In this document: piece by piece, positions 19,604 to 29,911 of the stretch
Layout: each line of letters opens with the position of its first letter
How positions within the stretch are numbered: the stretch's first letter is position 1
Assembly: GCA_028286605.1 (NCBI GenBank)
Contig: JAQBRE010000002.1
Span: forward strand, 124,219-188,218
Direction: 5' to 3'
DNA: 64,000 nt
Source: Parcubacteria group bacterium
GTDB lineage: Bacteria; Patescibacteriota; Minisyncoccia; Phycocordibacterales; Phycocordibacteraceae
Position numbers and translations under genes: made by a program
The notes under the pieces: model-generated
What the model saw: the letters and a program-made list of their open reading frames with translations, nothing else
The model's database searches: none
Told to the model about the DNA's origin: nothing

Positions 19604-20207
19604 TTCAGGCACGGCCGCGCCGGCACGGCGCGGTTTCACCCTCGTCGAGATGCTCGTGGTCATTGCTATCACGGTTATGGTCGGCGGTGCAGTAACGGGC
19701 ATGATCCAGTATTTCTATCAGAAGAATGCATACTTGCTTGAACAGACCGACGCGCTTGATAATGCCCGCCGCACGATGCTGGATGCTGTACGTTCTTTAC
19801 GCGAAGCGTCGTATGGGGACGATGGCGCATATCCGGTCGCCGTTGCAGCGACCTCTACCGTAACGTTCTTTGCTGACATCGATAGTGACGGTTCCGTAGA
19901 AAAGGTTCGTTATTATCTCTCTAATGGAACGTTATATCGCGGCGTAACTAATTCCGTAGGCTCGCCGCCTTCATATGCGGGTCAGCCCGAAGCAACAACG
20001 ACCGTTGCTGCTTATGTGCGCAACTCAACCTCTACGCCGCTCTTCACGTATTATGACAATACCGGCGCGACGCTTCCTGCCGTGTCTACCGATCCTTCAC
20101 AAGTTTCTGCCGTGATGGTGTCGGTATGGATCGACCTCAATCCGAACCGTGCGCCAAATGTATTTAATCTTTCGGAAACGGCGACGCTTCGCAATTTGCG
20201 CAATTAA
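19587..20207 (+). CDS. Minor pilin (PilW/PulJ-like)
   Basis: RRG|FTLVEMLVVIAI class III signal; C-terminal LRN. Confidence 0.88.
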   Translation: MQTRFNSGTAAPARRGFTLVEMLVVIAITVMVGGAVTGMIQYFYQKNAYLLEQTDALDNARRTMLDAVRSLREASYGDDGAYPVAVAATSTVTFFADIDSDGSVEKVRYYLSNGTLYRGVTNSVGSPPSYAGQPEATTTVAAYVRNSTSTPLFTYYDNTGATLPAVSTDPSQVSAVMVSVWIDLNPNRAPNVFNLSETATLRNLRN

Positions 20208-20208
20208 C

Positions 20209-21672
20209 ATGAACCGAACCTCATCTCATTTGCTCTATTCTCATCCGCGCGGCGGCTATCTTATGCTGATGGCTATTGTCTTCGGCGCTATCTTCCTTAC
20301 GGTTATCGGTGCGCTTTCAAGCTATGTGCTTACCGAGAATCATTCGCAGTCTTCTACGACAGGTCGCAGCAAGGCGCTCGCGATGGCGGAAGCGGGTTTG
20401 GAATATTATCGCTGGCATCTCGCGCATTTTCCCATCGATCTTCAGAACGGTACCAACCATCAAGGACCGTACACTATTCCGTATAACGATCCTGAAGGCG
20501 GCGTTGCTGGCTCTATTACGCTTGGTATCACCGGCAACATGTCGTGCGGGCAGATCACCTCTATCGATATTAATTCAACGGGCGCGCCGAACGACGGCAC
20601 GAATGTGTCGCGCACGCTGTATGCGAAATATGCGCAACCTACGGTTGCGCAGTATTCCTACATCCTGAACGACAGCGTATGGGCAGGTAGCGACCGCATT
20701 ATCAATGGGCCGTATCATGCGAACGGCGGTATCCGCATGGATGGTACAGCGAACGCGCCGGTTACCAGCTCGCTCGCGACATGGTCGTGCACTTCTTCCT
20801 TCGGCTGCGCTTCTACGCAGACCGTAAACGGCGTGTTCGGCGCCGGTCCGAATCAGAACCTCTGGTCATACCCTACGCCGCAGGTGGACTTCAGTGGTAT
20901 CGCGGCGAACTTCACAGCGCTCAAGGCGAAGGCGCAGGCGGGGGCACCAAGCGGCGGCATCTATCTTCCACGCATAAGCACCGGCACGAATACGACGAGC
21001 GTGAATTATTGGAAGGGCTATCACCTTACATTCAATGCTAATGGCACGGTTACTGTAACAAAGGTGACGGGCATTACGCCGCTCAGCGTAACGCCTGTAA
21101 ATAACGCTGACGCGACGACAGATTACACTCTGATTTCGAACGAGACCTCTTTTAATACGTATACGATTCCTGCAGCCTGCGGCCTTATCTATGTGGAAGA
21201 CAACGTGTGGGTAGATGGCGTCGTTCCTTCTAAAGTAACGCTCGTCGCAGCGAATGTCGTAACGGCAGGCATCGCACCGAATGCGATGCTGGACGGAAAC
21301 ATCACCTACGCGAATAGCTCAGCGGGCCTTACGCTCATTGCAGAGAACGACATTCTCATCACGCCGAATTCTCCCAACAACATGAGTCTGAATGGCATCT
21401 TCGTCGCACAGGGCGGCGCCTTTGGACGTAACTATTACGGCGCGTACGGATGCGGTGGCACCTATGAGCCTCGCAATTCGCTCACTATTCACGGTACGAC
21501 GGTTTCAAATAAGCGTACTGGTACGAAATGGGTGGATGGCTGCGGCAGTGGTAGCGATGCAGGCTATCAAAACCGTGTTGACGCGTACGACCGTGTTCTT
21601 TCAACGGACCCGCCGCCGTTTACGCCAGCCATCTCTTCGGTATTCCAGTTCGTCGATTGGCGAGAGGAGTAG
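20209..21672 (+). CDS. PilX-like minor pilin / pilus tip protein
   Basis: RGG|YLMLMAIV, A.AMAEAGLEYY, ends with YD.....PPP...W.E as in PilX-like proteins. Confidence 0.8.
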   Translation: MNRTSSHLLYSHPRGGYLMLMAIVFGAIFLTVIGALSSYVLTENHSQSSTTGRSKALAMAEAGLEYYRWHLAHFPIDLQNGTNHQGPYTIPYNDPEGGVAGSITLGITGNMSCGQITSIDINSTGAPNDGTNVSRTLYAKYAQPTVAQYSYILNDSVWAGSDRIINGPYHANGGIRMDGTANAPVTSSLATWSCTSSFGCASTQTVNGVFGAGPNQNLWSYPTPQVDFSGIAANFTALKAKAQAGAPSGGIYLPRISTGTNTTSVNYWKGYHLTFNANGTVTVTKVTGITPLSVTPVNNADATTDYTLISNETSFNTYTIPAACGLIYVEDNVWVDGVVPSKVTLVAANVVTAGIAPNAMLDGNITYANSSAGLTLIAENDILITPNSPNNMSLNGIFVAQGGAFGRNYYGAYGCGGTYEPRNSLTIHGTTVSNKRTGTKWVDGCGSGSDAGYQNRVDAYDRVLSTDPPPFTPAISSVFQFVDWREE

Positions 21673-21684
21673 TACCATAGTGAT

Positions 21685-22425
21685 ATGATGATCGCCGCGA
21701 ATTGGAAGGCGTATGTAGAAACGCCACAGAAAGCGAAGGCGCTGTTCGCTGCAGCGAAGAAGCTCGCTGCGCGCAAAGGCTTGGAAATTGTTCTTGCGCC
21801 GCCTGCGCCTTACCTTGGCTTGCTTGCGCCCGGGAATCGTTCGAAAGTTTCTTTTGCTGCGCAAGATATCTCCGACTCTATGGGGGGCGCGGCTACCGGC
21901 GAAGTAACCGCTGCGGCAATCGCTAGCGTGGGGGCAACGTATGCGATCGTCGGTCATTCTGAGCGCCGCGCCCGTGGGGAGACCGACGCGATAGTCCTCA
22001 GCAAGGCGCAACACGCGCTTGCGCATGGCCTGCGGCCTATCTTATGCATAGGCGAACACGAGCGTGATAGCGAAGCGCACTACCTTCAATTCATTCGCGC
22101 ACAGATCAGTGTGGTCTTTTCCGCACTCACCATGCAAGAACGTCTGCAGGTCGTCGTTGCCTATGAACCGATCTGGGCGATAGGAAAAACCTCCGCTGAA
22201 GCGATTACTCCCGAAGATCTTGCCGAGATGGTCTTATATATACGAAAAGTCCTGGGCGACGGCCTCGTTGGTGATGCTCAGGCTACTAAGGTGCTGTACG
22301 GCGGCTCTGTTGAGCCAGGGAATGAGCGCAGCCTTGCTGGCGGAAGCGGGGTGGATGGCTTTCTTATAGGGCACGCGAGCACGAATGTTCAGGATTTTAT
22401 CCTGCTCGGCAAAGCAGTGTCGTAG
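21685..22425 (+). CDS. tpiA: Triosephosphate isomerase
   Basis: ANWK, GHSERR, AYEPIWAIG, LYGGSV, DGFLIG.AS. Confidence 0.95.
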   Translation: MMIAANWKAYVETPQKAKALFAAAKKLAARKGLEIVLAPPAPYLGLLAPGNRSKVSFAAQDISDSMGGAATGEVTAAAIASVGATYAIVGHSERRARGETDAIVLSKAQHALAHGLRPILCIGEHERDSEAHYLQFIRAQISVVFSALTMQERLQVVVAYEPIWAIGKTSAEAITPEDLAEMVLYIRKVLGDGLVGDAQATKVLYGGSVEPGNERSLAGGSGVDGFLIGHASTNVQDFILLGKAVS

Positions 22426-22428
22426 GCG

Positions 22429-22635
22429 CTATTGTCCGAGCGTTTGAAGCGGCGTTACGTAATTCGCCATGAACGTAGGAATCGCAAAGGCGAGTCCTAT
22501 TACTGGCAGAACGAACAGTACGGCGGAGGTGATCAGCGTCCAAAGGAAATACTTGCGAGTTTTCTCGACAGAGATGTAAATCTTATCGATTTTCTGTTCA
22601 AGCGCAGCGAAACGAGTTTCAAGAATTGGATCCAT
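22429..22635 (-). CDS. Small membrane protein
   Basis: Short coiled coil (LEQKIDKIY.SVEKTRKYFLW) plus a TM helix. Confidence 0.7.
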   Translation of the reverse strand: MDPILETRFAALEQKIDKIYISVEKTRKYFLWTLITSAVLFVLPVIGLAFAIPTFMANYVTPLQTLGQ

Positions 22636-22684
22636 ATGCAGAAAAGTATACCGTATGGCCAACGTCGTGCGGTATTATGCATTC

Positions 22685-23821
22685 ATGAGAAGTATCCGCG
22701 AAATTCCTGATCTTACGAACGTTCCCGTTCTGGTGCGTGCAGCACTGAATGTACCCATCGTTGATGGGAAAGTCGCGAATACGTTCCGATTGCGCAGCGC
22801 GCTCCCGACTGTCGAGTATCTTCGTTCAAAACATGCACGCGTTATCTTAATTGGTCACCTGGGTGAAAAAGGAACAGAAACGCTCGCACCCGTGTGCGAG
22901 GCGATGAAAGAATTCGTCCCGCGCCTTTCATTCTGCCCTGTATCTACGGGCCCGGACGCACGCGCTGCGGTACGTGCCATGGCTGCCGGCGATGTTCTGA
23001 TGCTTGAGAATCTTCGTCGTGATGCGGGTGAAGTGAAGAATGATAAGAAGTTCGCTGCGGCGCTTGCCGAGCTTGGCGATATCTTCGTGATGGATGCGTT
23101 TGATGTATGTCATCGCGAGCACGCGTCTGTCGTTGGCGTACCTGAATTACTGCAATCCTATGCCGGCCTGCTCGTTGAGGAAGAAGTGAAGCAGCTCACG
23201 AAGGCGCTCACGCCAGGAACGCCATCACTCGCAATCATCGGCGGTGCGAAGTTCTCTACGAAAGAGCCCGTGCTTACGCGATTGCTCGAAGTATATAATC
23301 GCGTGTTCGTAGGCGGAGCGCTCGCGAATGATTTCATGCGGGTGAGCGGGAAGGGAGTAGGAAAATCGCTCATATCAACGGATGCCGATGATCGCGCGAT
23401 ACGCACGCTTATGGCGAGTCCGCGCTTGATGCTGCCGCTCGATGAAATAACAGCGCCCGGCGGCTCAACGCGAAGCGCTGGCCACACGGTAGGAATCGAT
23501 GACGTGCCTGCGAATGAGATGATCCTTGATGATGGTCCCAAGACGGTGGACGCGCTCGCGAAGCTCGCGCTTAGCGCGAAGACTATCCTGTGGAATGGTC
23601 CGCTCGGGAATTATGAGAATGGCTTCGTCGATTCAACGGAAGGTCTCGCGAAGGCTATCGCGCAATCGAGCGCGTATTCAATACTCGGAGGTGGCGACAC
23701 GGTCGCCGCCGTTGAGAAGCTGGGTCTCTCCGATAAGTTCTCATTCATTTCTACAGGCGGTGGCGCGATGCTCGACTTCCTCGCTACCGGCACGCTTCCT
23801 GGCCTCAAAGAGCTAGGCTAA
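22685..23821 (+). CDS. pgk: Phosphoglycerate kinase (divergent substrate-binding motifs)
   Basis: LENLR, GGAK, WNGPLG.YE, GGGDT, ISTGGGA; close to tpiA. Confidence 0.92.
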   Translation: MRSIREIPDLTNVPVLVRAALNVPIVDGKVANTFRLRSALPTVEYLRSKHARVILIGHLGEKGTETLAPVCEAMKEFVPRLSFCPVSTGPDARAAVRAMAAGDVLMLENLRRDAGEVKNDKKFAAALAELGDIFVMDAFDVCHREHASVVGVPELLQSYAGLLVEEEVKQLTKALTPGTPSLAIIGGAKFSTKEPVLTRLLEVYNRVFVGGALANDFMRVSGKGVGKSLISTDADDRAIRTLMASPRLMLPLDEITAPGGSTRSAGHTVGIDDVPANEMILDDGPKTVDALAKLALSAKTILWNGPLGNYENGFVDSTEGLAKAIAQSSAYSILGGGDTVAAVEKLGLSDKFSFISTGGGAMLDFLATGTLPGLKELG

Positions 23822-24223
23822 CTTCGCGCGAATCTTTTCGGCGATTTCGCTCGCTTCGCCCTCTTTGTAATCCTTGTGCGGCCACATGAAGAAGTTGTCG
23901 CCTTTGAATCGCGGAATAAGGTGCAGATGCATGTGGAAGACAATTTGTCCGGCCTCCGCACCATGGTTCGAATGAATGTTGAGCGCGTCAGCACCCACGG
24001 CATCACGGACTGCCGGCGCAATCTTTCGTACGGTTCGCATCACTGCGGCAAGCGTCGCGTCATCCGTATCGAAAATATTCTCTACCTGCTTCTTCGGAAT
24101 GACGAGCGTGTGCCCTGGGCTCACCGGTGCAATGTCCAGAAAGGCAAGGGTATCGTCATCCTCATAGATAATTTCTGCGGGTATCTCGCGCTTGATGATC
24201 TTGGTGAATATCGAATCTTCCAT
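23813..24223 (-). CDS. HIT family nucleotide hydrolase
   Basis: SIF.KII..EIP, AFLDI.P..PGHTLVIPK, FHMHLHLIPR histidine triad. Confidence 0.93.
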   Translation of the reverse strand: MEDSIFTKIIKREIPAEIIYEDDDTLAFLDIAPVSPGHTLVIPKKQVENIFDTDDATLAAVMRTVRKIAPAVRDAVGADALNIHSNHGAEAGQIVFHMHLHLIPRFKGDNFFMWPHKDYKEGEASEIAEKIRAKLA

Positions 24224-24254
24224 ATGCGCGCATGATAACGCATTTTGATACACT

Positions 24255-26018
24255 ATGCAGACGATGCTTTCTTTCCACGACCTCCTTGATGAAGCGACCC
24301 GCGAAGCGCTCCATGCGTACGATGATTTCACTGCCGGCCTGCTCGCACGTCGCGGCATCATAACGAGTGATGCTGCTGAGGCATTTCTTTCGCCGAGTTA
24401 CGACAGGCATATTGGTGACCCGCTTCTTATTTTCAATATGCCGAAAGCGGCGAAGCGCATCGCTGATGCGATCGATTCGCAGGAGCGACTAACCGTGTGG
24501 AGCGATTACGATTGCGACGGCATTCCGGGTGGTACGCTTCTGCATGACTTCTTCAAGAAAGCCAAAGCGAATTTTACGAATTACATTCCGCACCGTCACC
24601 TTGAAGGATTCGGCCTGAACGAAATTGGTTTGAAGAAATTAGCAGAAGAAGGCACGACACTCATCATCACGGTTGACTGCGGCATTTCAGATGTCGAACA
24701 GGTCGCCTATGCGAAGTCACTCGGCATCGATGTGATCGTTACCGATCATCACTTGCCCAGGCGTGATGCGAATGGCGCCGAAGAACTTCCACCCGGCTTT
24801 ACCGTCGTTGATCCGAAACAGGAAGGTGAGACGAATGAGTTCCGTGATTTCTGCGGCGGCGGCCTCGCGTGGAAACTGGCGTGCGCCGTGCTTGCCGTCG
24901 GCTTCAAGGGTCGCGAAGATATTCCTACCGGCTGGGAAAAGTGGCTGCTCGATATGGCTGGCCTCTCGACGATTGCAGATATGGTTCCGCTTACTGGCGA
25001 GAATCGCGTGATCGCGAAATACGGACTGCTCGTGATGCGAAAGTCGCCGCGCATCGGCTTTCAGAAACTCTGCAGCATCGCGCGCGTGAATCAGAGATTC
25101 ATAACGGAAGACGATGTCGGTTTCATGATCGCGCCGCGTGTGAACGCAGCATCGCGTATGGGCGATCCGCGTGATGCGTTCGAACTGTTCACGACGACCG
25201 ATGAAGTGCGTGCCGATGAGCTCGCCAAGGAACTCGAGAAAGTGAATCGCAGCCGCAAGGCATCGGGCGCTGCGGTTACGCGTGCTGCGCATGAACGGCT
25301 GGAGAAACGAAAGGAAGAACTCGGCGGAACATTGCCTGCCGTAATCGCGATGGGTGATCCAGATTGGCGCCCAGGGCTGCTCGGCTTGGTGGCGAACTCG
25401 CTCGCTGAAGAATATGGACGGCCGGTCTTCTTGTGGGGACGCGAAGGAAGTATCACGGCGAAGGGATCGTGCCGTGCAGGAAGCAAAGGTGTTTCAGTCG
25501 TCGAACTTATGGCACTCACTACCGACGTATTCGTGGAAGCAGGCGGGCACGCAGCATCCGGAGGTTTCACGCTCAAAGATGACGCGGTGTTCTTTTTCGA
25601 AGAACGCATGTGTGCGGCCTTCGTGAAGCTTCCGCCGACAACGCTAACAGATAGAACACTTATTGCAGATTATTCAATCGAACACCCTGATGACTTGCGT
25701 GCACTCCTTAAGCGCACAGAACAGCTCGCGCCATACGGCATGAATAATCCGAAACCGGTATTCGCGTTACAGGAATGTGCGGTGACACAAGTTTCATGGT
25801 TTGGAAAAGGCGAAGAGCATCTGCGCGTGCGTGTCACACGTGATGACGGTTTCAATCAGGCGGAGCTCGAAGCGATTACGTTCTTCGCGCGTCGCGAGCT
25901 AGGAAAAAGTTGGGAGCGCCTTGAAGTGGGGAAGTCTGCGACACTTCTTGGTACACTCGAGCGCGACACCTTCACCCGTGGTCAGCCGGTGCGCATGCGA
26001 TTGCTGGCTATCGCGTAG
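24255..26018 (+). CDS. recJ: Single-stranded-DNA-specific exonuclease RecJ
   Basis: DYDCDG, TVDCG, TDHH, TIADMVPL.GENR, PRVNAASRM, GGH. Confidence 0.95.
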   Translation: MQTMLSFHDLLDEATREALHAYDDFTAGLLARRGIITSDAAEAFLSPSYDRHIGDPLLIFNMPKAAKRIADAIDSQERLTVWSDYDCDGIPGGTLLHDFFKKAKANFTNYIPHRHLEGFGLNEIGLKKLAEEGTTLIITVDCGISDVEQVAYAKSLGIDVIVTDHHLPRRDANGAEELPPGFTVVDPKQEGETNEFRDFCGGGLAWKLACAVLAVGFKGREDIPTGWEKWLLDMAGLSTIADMVPLTGENRVIAKYGLLVMRKSPRIGFQKLCSIARVNQRFITEDDVGFMIAPRVNAASRMGDPRDAFELFTTTDEVRADELAKELEKVNRSRKASGAAVTRAAHERLEKRKEELGGTLPAVIAMGDPDWRPGLLGLVANSLAEEYGRPVFLWGREGSITAKGSCRAGSKGVSVVELMALTTDVFVEAGGHAASGGFTLKDDAVFFFEERMCAAFVKLPPTTLTDRTLIADYSIEHPDDLRALLKRTEQLAPYGMNNPKPVFALQECAVTQVSWFGKGEEHLRVRVTRDDGFNQAELEAITFFARRELGKSWERLEVGKSATLLGTLERDTFTRGQPVRMRLLAIA

Positions 26019-26030
26019 TAGACTGGTTTC

Positions 26031-26462
26031 ATGGAATTCACTCTGTACGCCGATGGCGGCTCCCGCGGAAACCCAGGGCATGCCGGCGCTGGTTCGGTGG
26101 TATTTGATACGGCAGGGAAGCGCGTGGTGGAGGTTGCGGATTATCTTGGAATTGCCACTAATAATGTCGCGGAGTATGAAGCGGTGCTTCGCGGCCTCCA
26201 GCGATTACATGCGGCATATCCGGAAGGATACTTCGCGCAGATGCCACTGCTCATCCGCATGGACAGCAAGCTCGTCATTGAGCAGCTGAAGGGTAATTAC
26301 AAAGTGAAGCATCCGAACCTGATCCCACGCTATCTGGAGGTGAAGAATGTCCTCGCACGTAATTTCGGAACGGTTCGGTTTGAACACGTTCTTCGTGCGT
26401 TTAATAAGGACGCAGATGCCCTTGCGAACGAGGCAATGGATAACAAGATAGTTTCTTCATAA
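26031..26462 (+). CDS. Ribonuclease HI family protein
   Basis: DGGSRGNPG, TNNVAEY, DSKLVIEQ, N..ADALAN. Confidence 0.92.
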   Translation: MEFTLYADGGSRGNPGHAGAGSVVFDTAGKRVVEVADYLGIATNNVAEYEAVLRGLQRLHAAYPEGYFAQMPLLIRMDSKLVIEQLKGNYKVKHPNLIPRYLEVKNVLARNFGTVRFEHVLRAFNKDADALANEAMDNKIVSS

Positions 26463-26516
26463 CTTCTTTAGAAGTTTTTTAAGATTCCTTGATGGGTAAT
26501 TTTGTATGCTTCCTGA

Positions 26517-28034
26517 ATGGAAGCATATTATTTTTATGCGGCAGTTTTTGGCTTCCTATTCAGTGTTTTTGTACGTTCGCTGATAGCAGTCCCTGAATGG
26601 TGCCTCGCGGGTGTAGCCATAGGAATAGTCGTGTGTGCTGGATTGATTTGCGTAATCAGGTATCGCTGGCTGGTTCTGCTCTGCGTCTTTCTCGTCGCTA
26701 GTTTTGTTGGAATCGAACGCACGAGCTATGCGCCTATCGCGTTGCCTCCGGAATTTAATTCGCTCTTGGACAAGAAGGTTACTCTCGAAGGAACCATCGT
26801 CGTACCTCCCGATCTTCGCGAATCCAGCGACCGGCTTACGGTGGAGGTTACGCGAGATAGCGTGAAGACACGTATCATCGCGAGTGCCGGACTTACGCCC
26901 GCATTCCATGTGGGAGACCGCGTACGTGTTTCCGGAATGCTAAAAACGCCCGCACCCTTCGATGGTGATGGCGGACGCATCTTTCGGTATGATCAATTTC
27001 TCGCTAAAGATGGTGTCTTCGGTATCATGCAGCCGGCGCAGGTATATATCATCGGGCGCGATTCAAGCGCATGGCTTTCGTTCTTGCGCATACTCGAATA
27101 TATAAAAGATACGTTCGATGCAGCTGTTGAGCGTACGATACCTCAGCCAGAAAGCGCGCTCGCAATCGGCATCATCGCAGGAGGAAAGCAAGGGCTCGGT
27201 ACACGATTACTCGATGCGTTTACAATCGCAGGCATGCTGCAGATCGTCGTGCTTTCCGGATACAACGTGATGATCGTCGCGGAAGGCGTATTGGCCGTGC
27301 TCCGCACGGCCCCCAAGCGAACCGCACTCATAATCGCCGCAGTCACTATCACGCTCTTCGTGCTCGCCGCTGGTGCAGGGTCTTCTGCCGTTCGTGCCGG
27401 TATCATGGCGCTCCTCGCACTTACCGCACGCGGTACGCATCGCACGTACGACGTGTTGCGCTCACTCTTCGCGGCGCTCGTATTGATGCTGCTCTGGAAT
27501 CCGCTACTCCTTACATTCGACCCGGGTCTCCAGCTTTCATTCATGGCGACACTGGGCCTCGTCCTCGGTTCTAATTTGATTGAGAAGAAATTCTTGTGGA
27601 TTCGAAACGGGACGTTCCGCGAAATGCTCGCGACGACGCTTGCGGCACAGATAGCCGTGCTGCCGGTGCTCTTGTATCAAAGCGGTAATCTTTCACTCGT
27701 TGCGATACCGGCGAATCTTTTGGCGATGCCGGTACTTCCAGCAGCAATGGCGGTTTCCGCCATTGCTGCACTGTGCGCCTTCATATTTTCGTCCTTCGTA
27801 CCGATGCTAACGCTTATTGTCGGTATTCCCGCCTACATCCTTCTTGCGTACGTAATCGGCATTGCGGATTACTCCGCGCGTATTCCCTATGCGAACATCA
27901 TTCTTCCCGCATTTCCGGCTTGGTGGCTTGTTCCTGCGTATGCGTTTCTTGGATATGTCGTATGGAGTGAAAAGAAGAAAGCCGCGCAAGCGGAGCTTGC
28001 GCGGCTTTCTTCAGCACTAGTCTCGGTTAAGTAG
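26517..28034 (+). CDS. comEC: ComEC competence channel (OB + membrane competence domains, no MBL domain)
   Basis: DUF4131-like OB region; IVVLSGYNV, S.VRA.IM, NP.....GLQLSF.AT motifs. Confidence 0.9.
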   Translation: MEAYYFYAAVFGFLFSVFVRSLIAVPEWCLAGVAIGIVVCAGLICVIRYRWLVLLCVFLVASFVGIERTSYAPIALPPEFNSLLDKKVTLEGTIVVPPDLRESSDRLTVEVTRDSVKTRIIASAGLTPAFHVGDRVRVSGMLKTPAPFDGDGGRIFRYDQFLAKDGVFGIMQPAQVYIIGRDSSAWLSFLRILEYIKDTFDAAVERTIPQPESALAIGIIAGGKQGLGTRLLDAFTIAGMLQIVVLSGYNVMIVAEGVLAVLRTAPKRTALIIAAVTITLFVLAAGAGSSAVRAGIMALLALTARGTHRTYDVLRSLFAALVLMLLWNPLLLTFDPGLQLSFMATLGLVLGSNLIEKKFLWIRNGTFREMLATTLAAQIAVLPVLLYQSGNLSLVAIPANLLAMPVLPAAMAVSAIAALCAFIFSSFVPMLTLIVGIPAYILLAYVIGIADYSARIPYANIILPAFPAWWLVPAYAFLGYVVWSEKKKAAQAELARLSSALVSVK

Positions 28035-28623
28035 CGACGTCTAGAAAACGGCTCTCAACGACCGTCCAATTCACATTGCTCAGGAACGCGTCAACATACG
28101 ACTTTTTGTCTGCAGGAACATAATCAACCATATATGCGTGCTCCCAAAGGTCGATGGCGAGAATGACAGGGAGGCCGGCAAGCTGGCCCAACTCGTGATC
28201 GCTCACCCACGCCGTGTGAAGCGTTCGTCCGCGCGGGTCGAAATAGACGACCGTCCAGCCGATGCCGCGAGTGCCCGTCACTTCTTTCACATGCGCGATG
28301 AATTTCTCCCATGAACCGTATTTATCCATAGCAGCGCCGGCAAGCGGATTATTAGAATCTTCAGCCTGTGCGCCGCCCTCGAACTGCTCGAAATAATATT
28401 CGTGCATGCGCATGCCATCGAACTCGAATCCCATGCGACGACGAAGCTCTGCCATTACATAGGCATTTCCATCCGAATCTTCGGTACGGAGCTTCTCTAT
28501 CTTCTCCATAATAAGGTTCGTGTGCTTCACATATCCCTCGTAGAGCGCGAGGTGTACATCAATCTGCTTCTTGGAAAGTCCCTTTAATTCAGGGAGGTCG
28601 AACGTTCGTGCGGTGTAGGTCAT
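28027..28623 (-). CDS. Fe/Mn superoxide dismutase family protein
   Basis: H..LY.GYV, HEYYF, GIGW, DLWEHAY..DY. Confidence 0.9.
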   Translation of the reverse strand: MTYTARTFDLPELKGLSKKQIDVHLALYEGYVKHTNLIMEKIEKLRTEDSDGNAYVMAELRRRMGFEFDGMRMHEYYFEQFEGGAQAEDSNNPLAGAAMDKYGSWEKFIAHVKEVTGTRGIGWTVVYFDPRGRTLHTAWVSDHELGQLAGLPVILAIDLWEHAYMVDYVPADKKSYVDAFLSNVNWTVVESRFLDVAT

Positions 28624-28752
28624 AGTGATGTGGATTAGTCTCTCAAGTATACGACGAGGCGTAGTGAGAAGCCCGTGAACAGGCCTATTGCGTTATAATT
28701 GATAGTATGTCATAATGATTTTCGACGAGTAATCTTTAGAAGGGGGATAGAA

Positions 28753-29031
28753 ATGATACTGCGACGGGACTGGGATCAGTTCCGGGAACAATTTCCGGAA
28801 CTGGCCGAAACGGTCAAGACCCTCGGCGCCTCAATCTATGAAATGGGCGCTATGGAGGGCGGATCTTCTAAAGAACTGAAAGAGCTTTGCAGCATACTTG
28901 CTGAAGCGTCGAGCGAAGCCCGGCACCTGCTGGGAATCAGCACCCCGCTGGAATCACCTTTGGTTCTGCGGTCAGTCTTTACTCTCGGAGCTCAAATGCT
29001 CTTCAATCTCGAACAAGGACGGTCATGCTAA
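28753..29031 (+). CDS. Small hypothetical protein in a self-contained cassette
   Basis: TTGCGT(28688)-17-CATAAT promoter, purine-rich SD AGGGGGA, terminator at 29053-29080. Confidence 0.6.
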   Translation: MILRRDWDQFREQFPELAETVKTLGASIYEMGAMEGGSSKELKELCSILAEASSEARHLLGISTPLESPLVLRSVFTLGAQMLFNLEQGRSC

Positions 29032-29092
29032 TGAACCGGCCAACAAAAAACAAACGGCTGTCCCTTTCAGGACAGCCGTTCAACTTTTATAA

Positions 29093-29809
29093 CTACTCGG
29101 GAGGAAAATCATCGGACCCAATTATCTTCTTCATTTCTTCTACGCAATCAGCAGCAATCGCCCAGTCTTTTATGAGATCACGGTCATCAAGCGCTTTACT
29201 TGAGAATATGACTGCCTCGTGAGTCGCGGTGCCTTCTTCAAGAACCGATCCTGGCTGCCATACGACAGCTGCTTTGTATTCTGCATACTCTTTCCCCTCT
29301 TGAAGGAGTGAATTGAATGTACGTAGGCTTGTAAGCAGTGATTCATGCACGCGCCTGCGCTCACCATCTGCATGCTCAAATGCATTCCGCCTTTCTTCGT
29401 CATTCATTCGAAGTAACTGACGCTTAACCGTATGGAACTTTATGATCGAACTGACGTACCGCCTGCACCAAGTGCGAATACTGGCAGCTTGTCCTCGAAT
29501 TAGTTTTCCTATACGGACTGCTTCTGCATCTTCCGGATCCGCTTCCAGCGGATCCGAAGCAGCACGTGCTGCTTCTGAAAGAGAATCGATAGTCGGTATC
29601 ATTCCGCGCTCATACTGACCTACCATTGGAGCATTCTCTAGATGATCAAGGTCCTCGTGAAAAGAGTGATAGGCACTGATCTTAGTCTCATGATTCATTA
29701 CGGTAGCAGACTCGGTCTCACATGCGCTGCGAAAATGAGCAAGCAGATCCTCTTCAGGCTTTGGTGCTGACTCTATAGATTGCCTGGGTTTGGCTGGTCC
29801 TTCATTCAT
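29093..29809 (-). CDS. Hypothetical helical protein (C-terminus reminiscent of DUF3232)
   Basis: D..RRR.H.SL...L..FN and DR..I.DWA pattern; resemblance only. Confidence 0.55.
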   Translation of the reverse strand: MNEGPAKPRQSIESAPKPEEDLLAHFRSACETESATVMNHETKISAYHSFHEDLDHLENAPMVGQYERGMIPTIDSLSEAARAASDPLEADPEDAEAVRIGKLIRGQAASIRTWCRRYVSSIIKFHTVKRQLLRMNDEERRNAFEHADGERRRVHESLLTSLRTFNSLLQEGKEYAEYKAAVVWQPGSVLEEGTATHEAVIFSSKALDDRDLIKDWAIAADCVEEMKKIIGSDDFPPE

Positions 29810-29911
29810 ACCCGCGAGTATAACAGGTCCAGGAGAACTTTCAGTATTTCTTTATTTCGCTACTATTTTTCCTTGATAGAAGAGCGGTGCAAGGCACGAT
29901 AGAATACAGAT

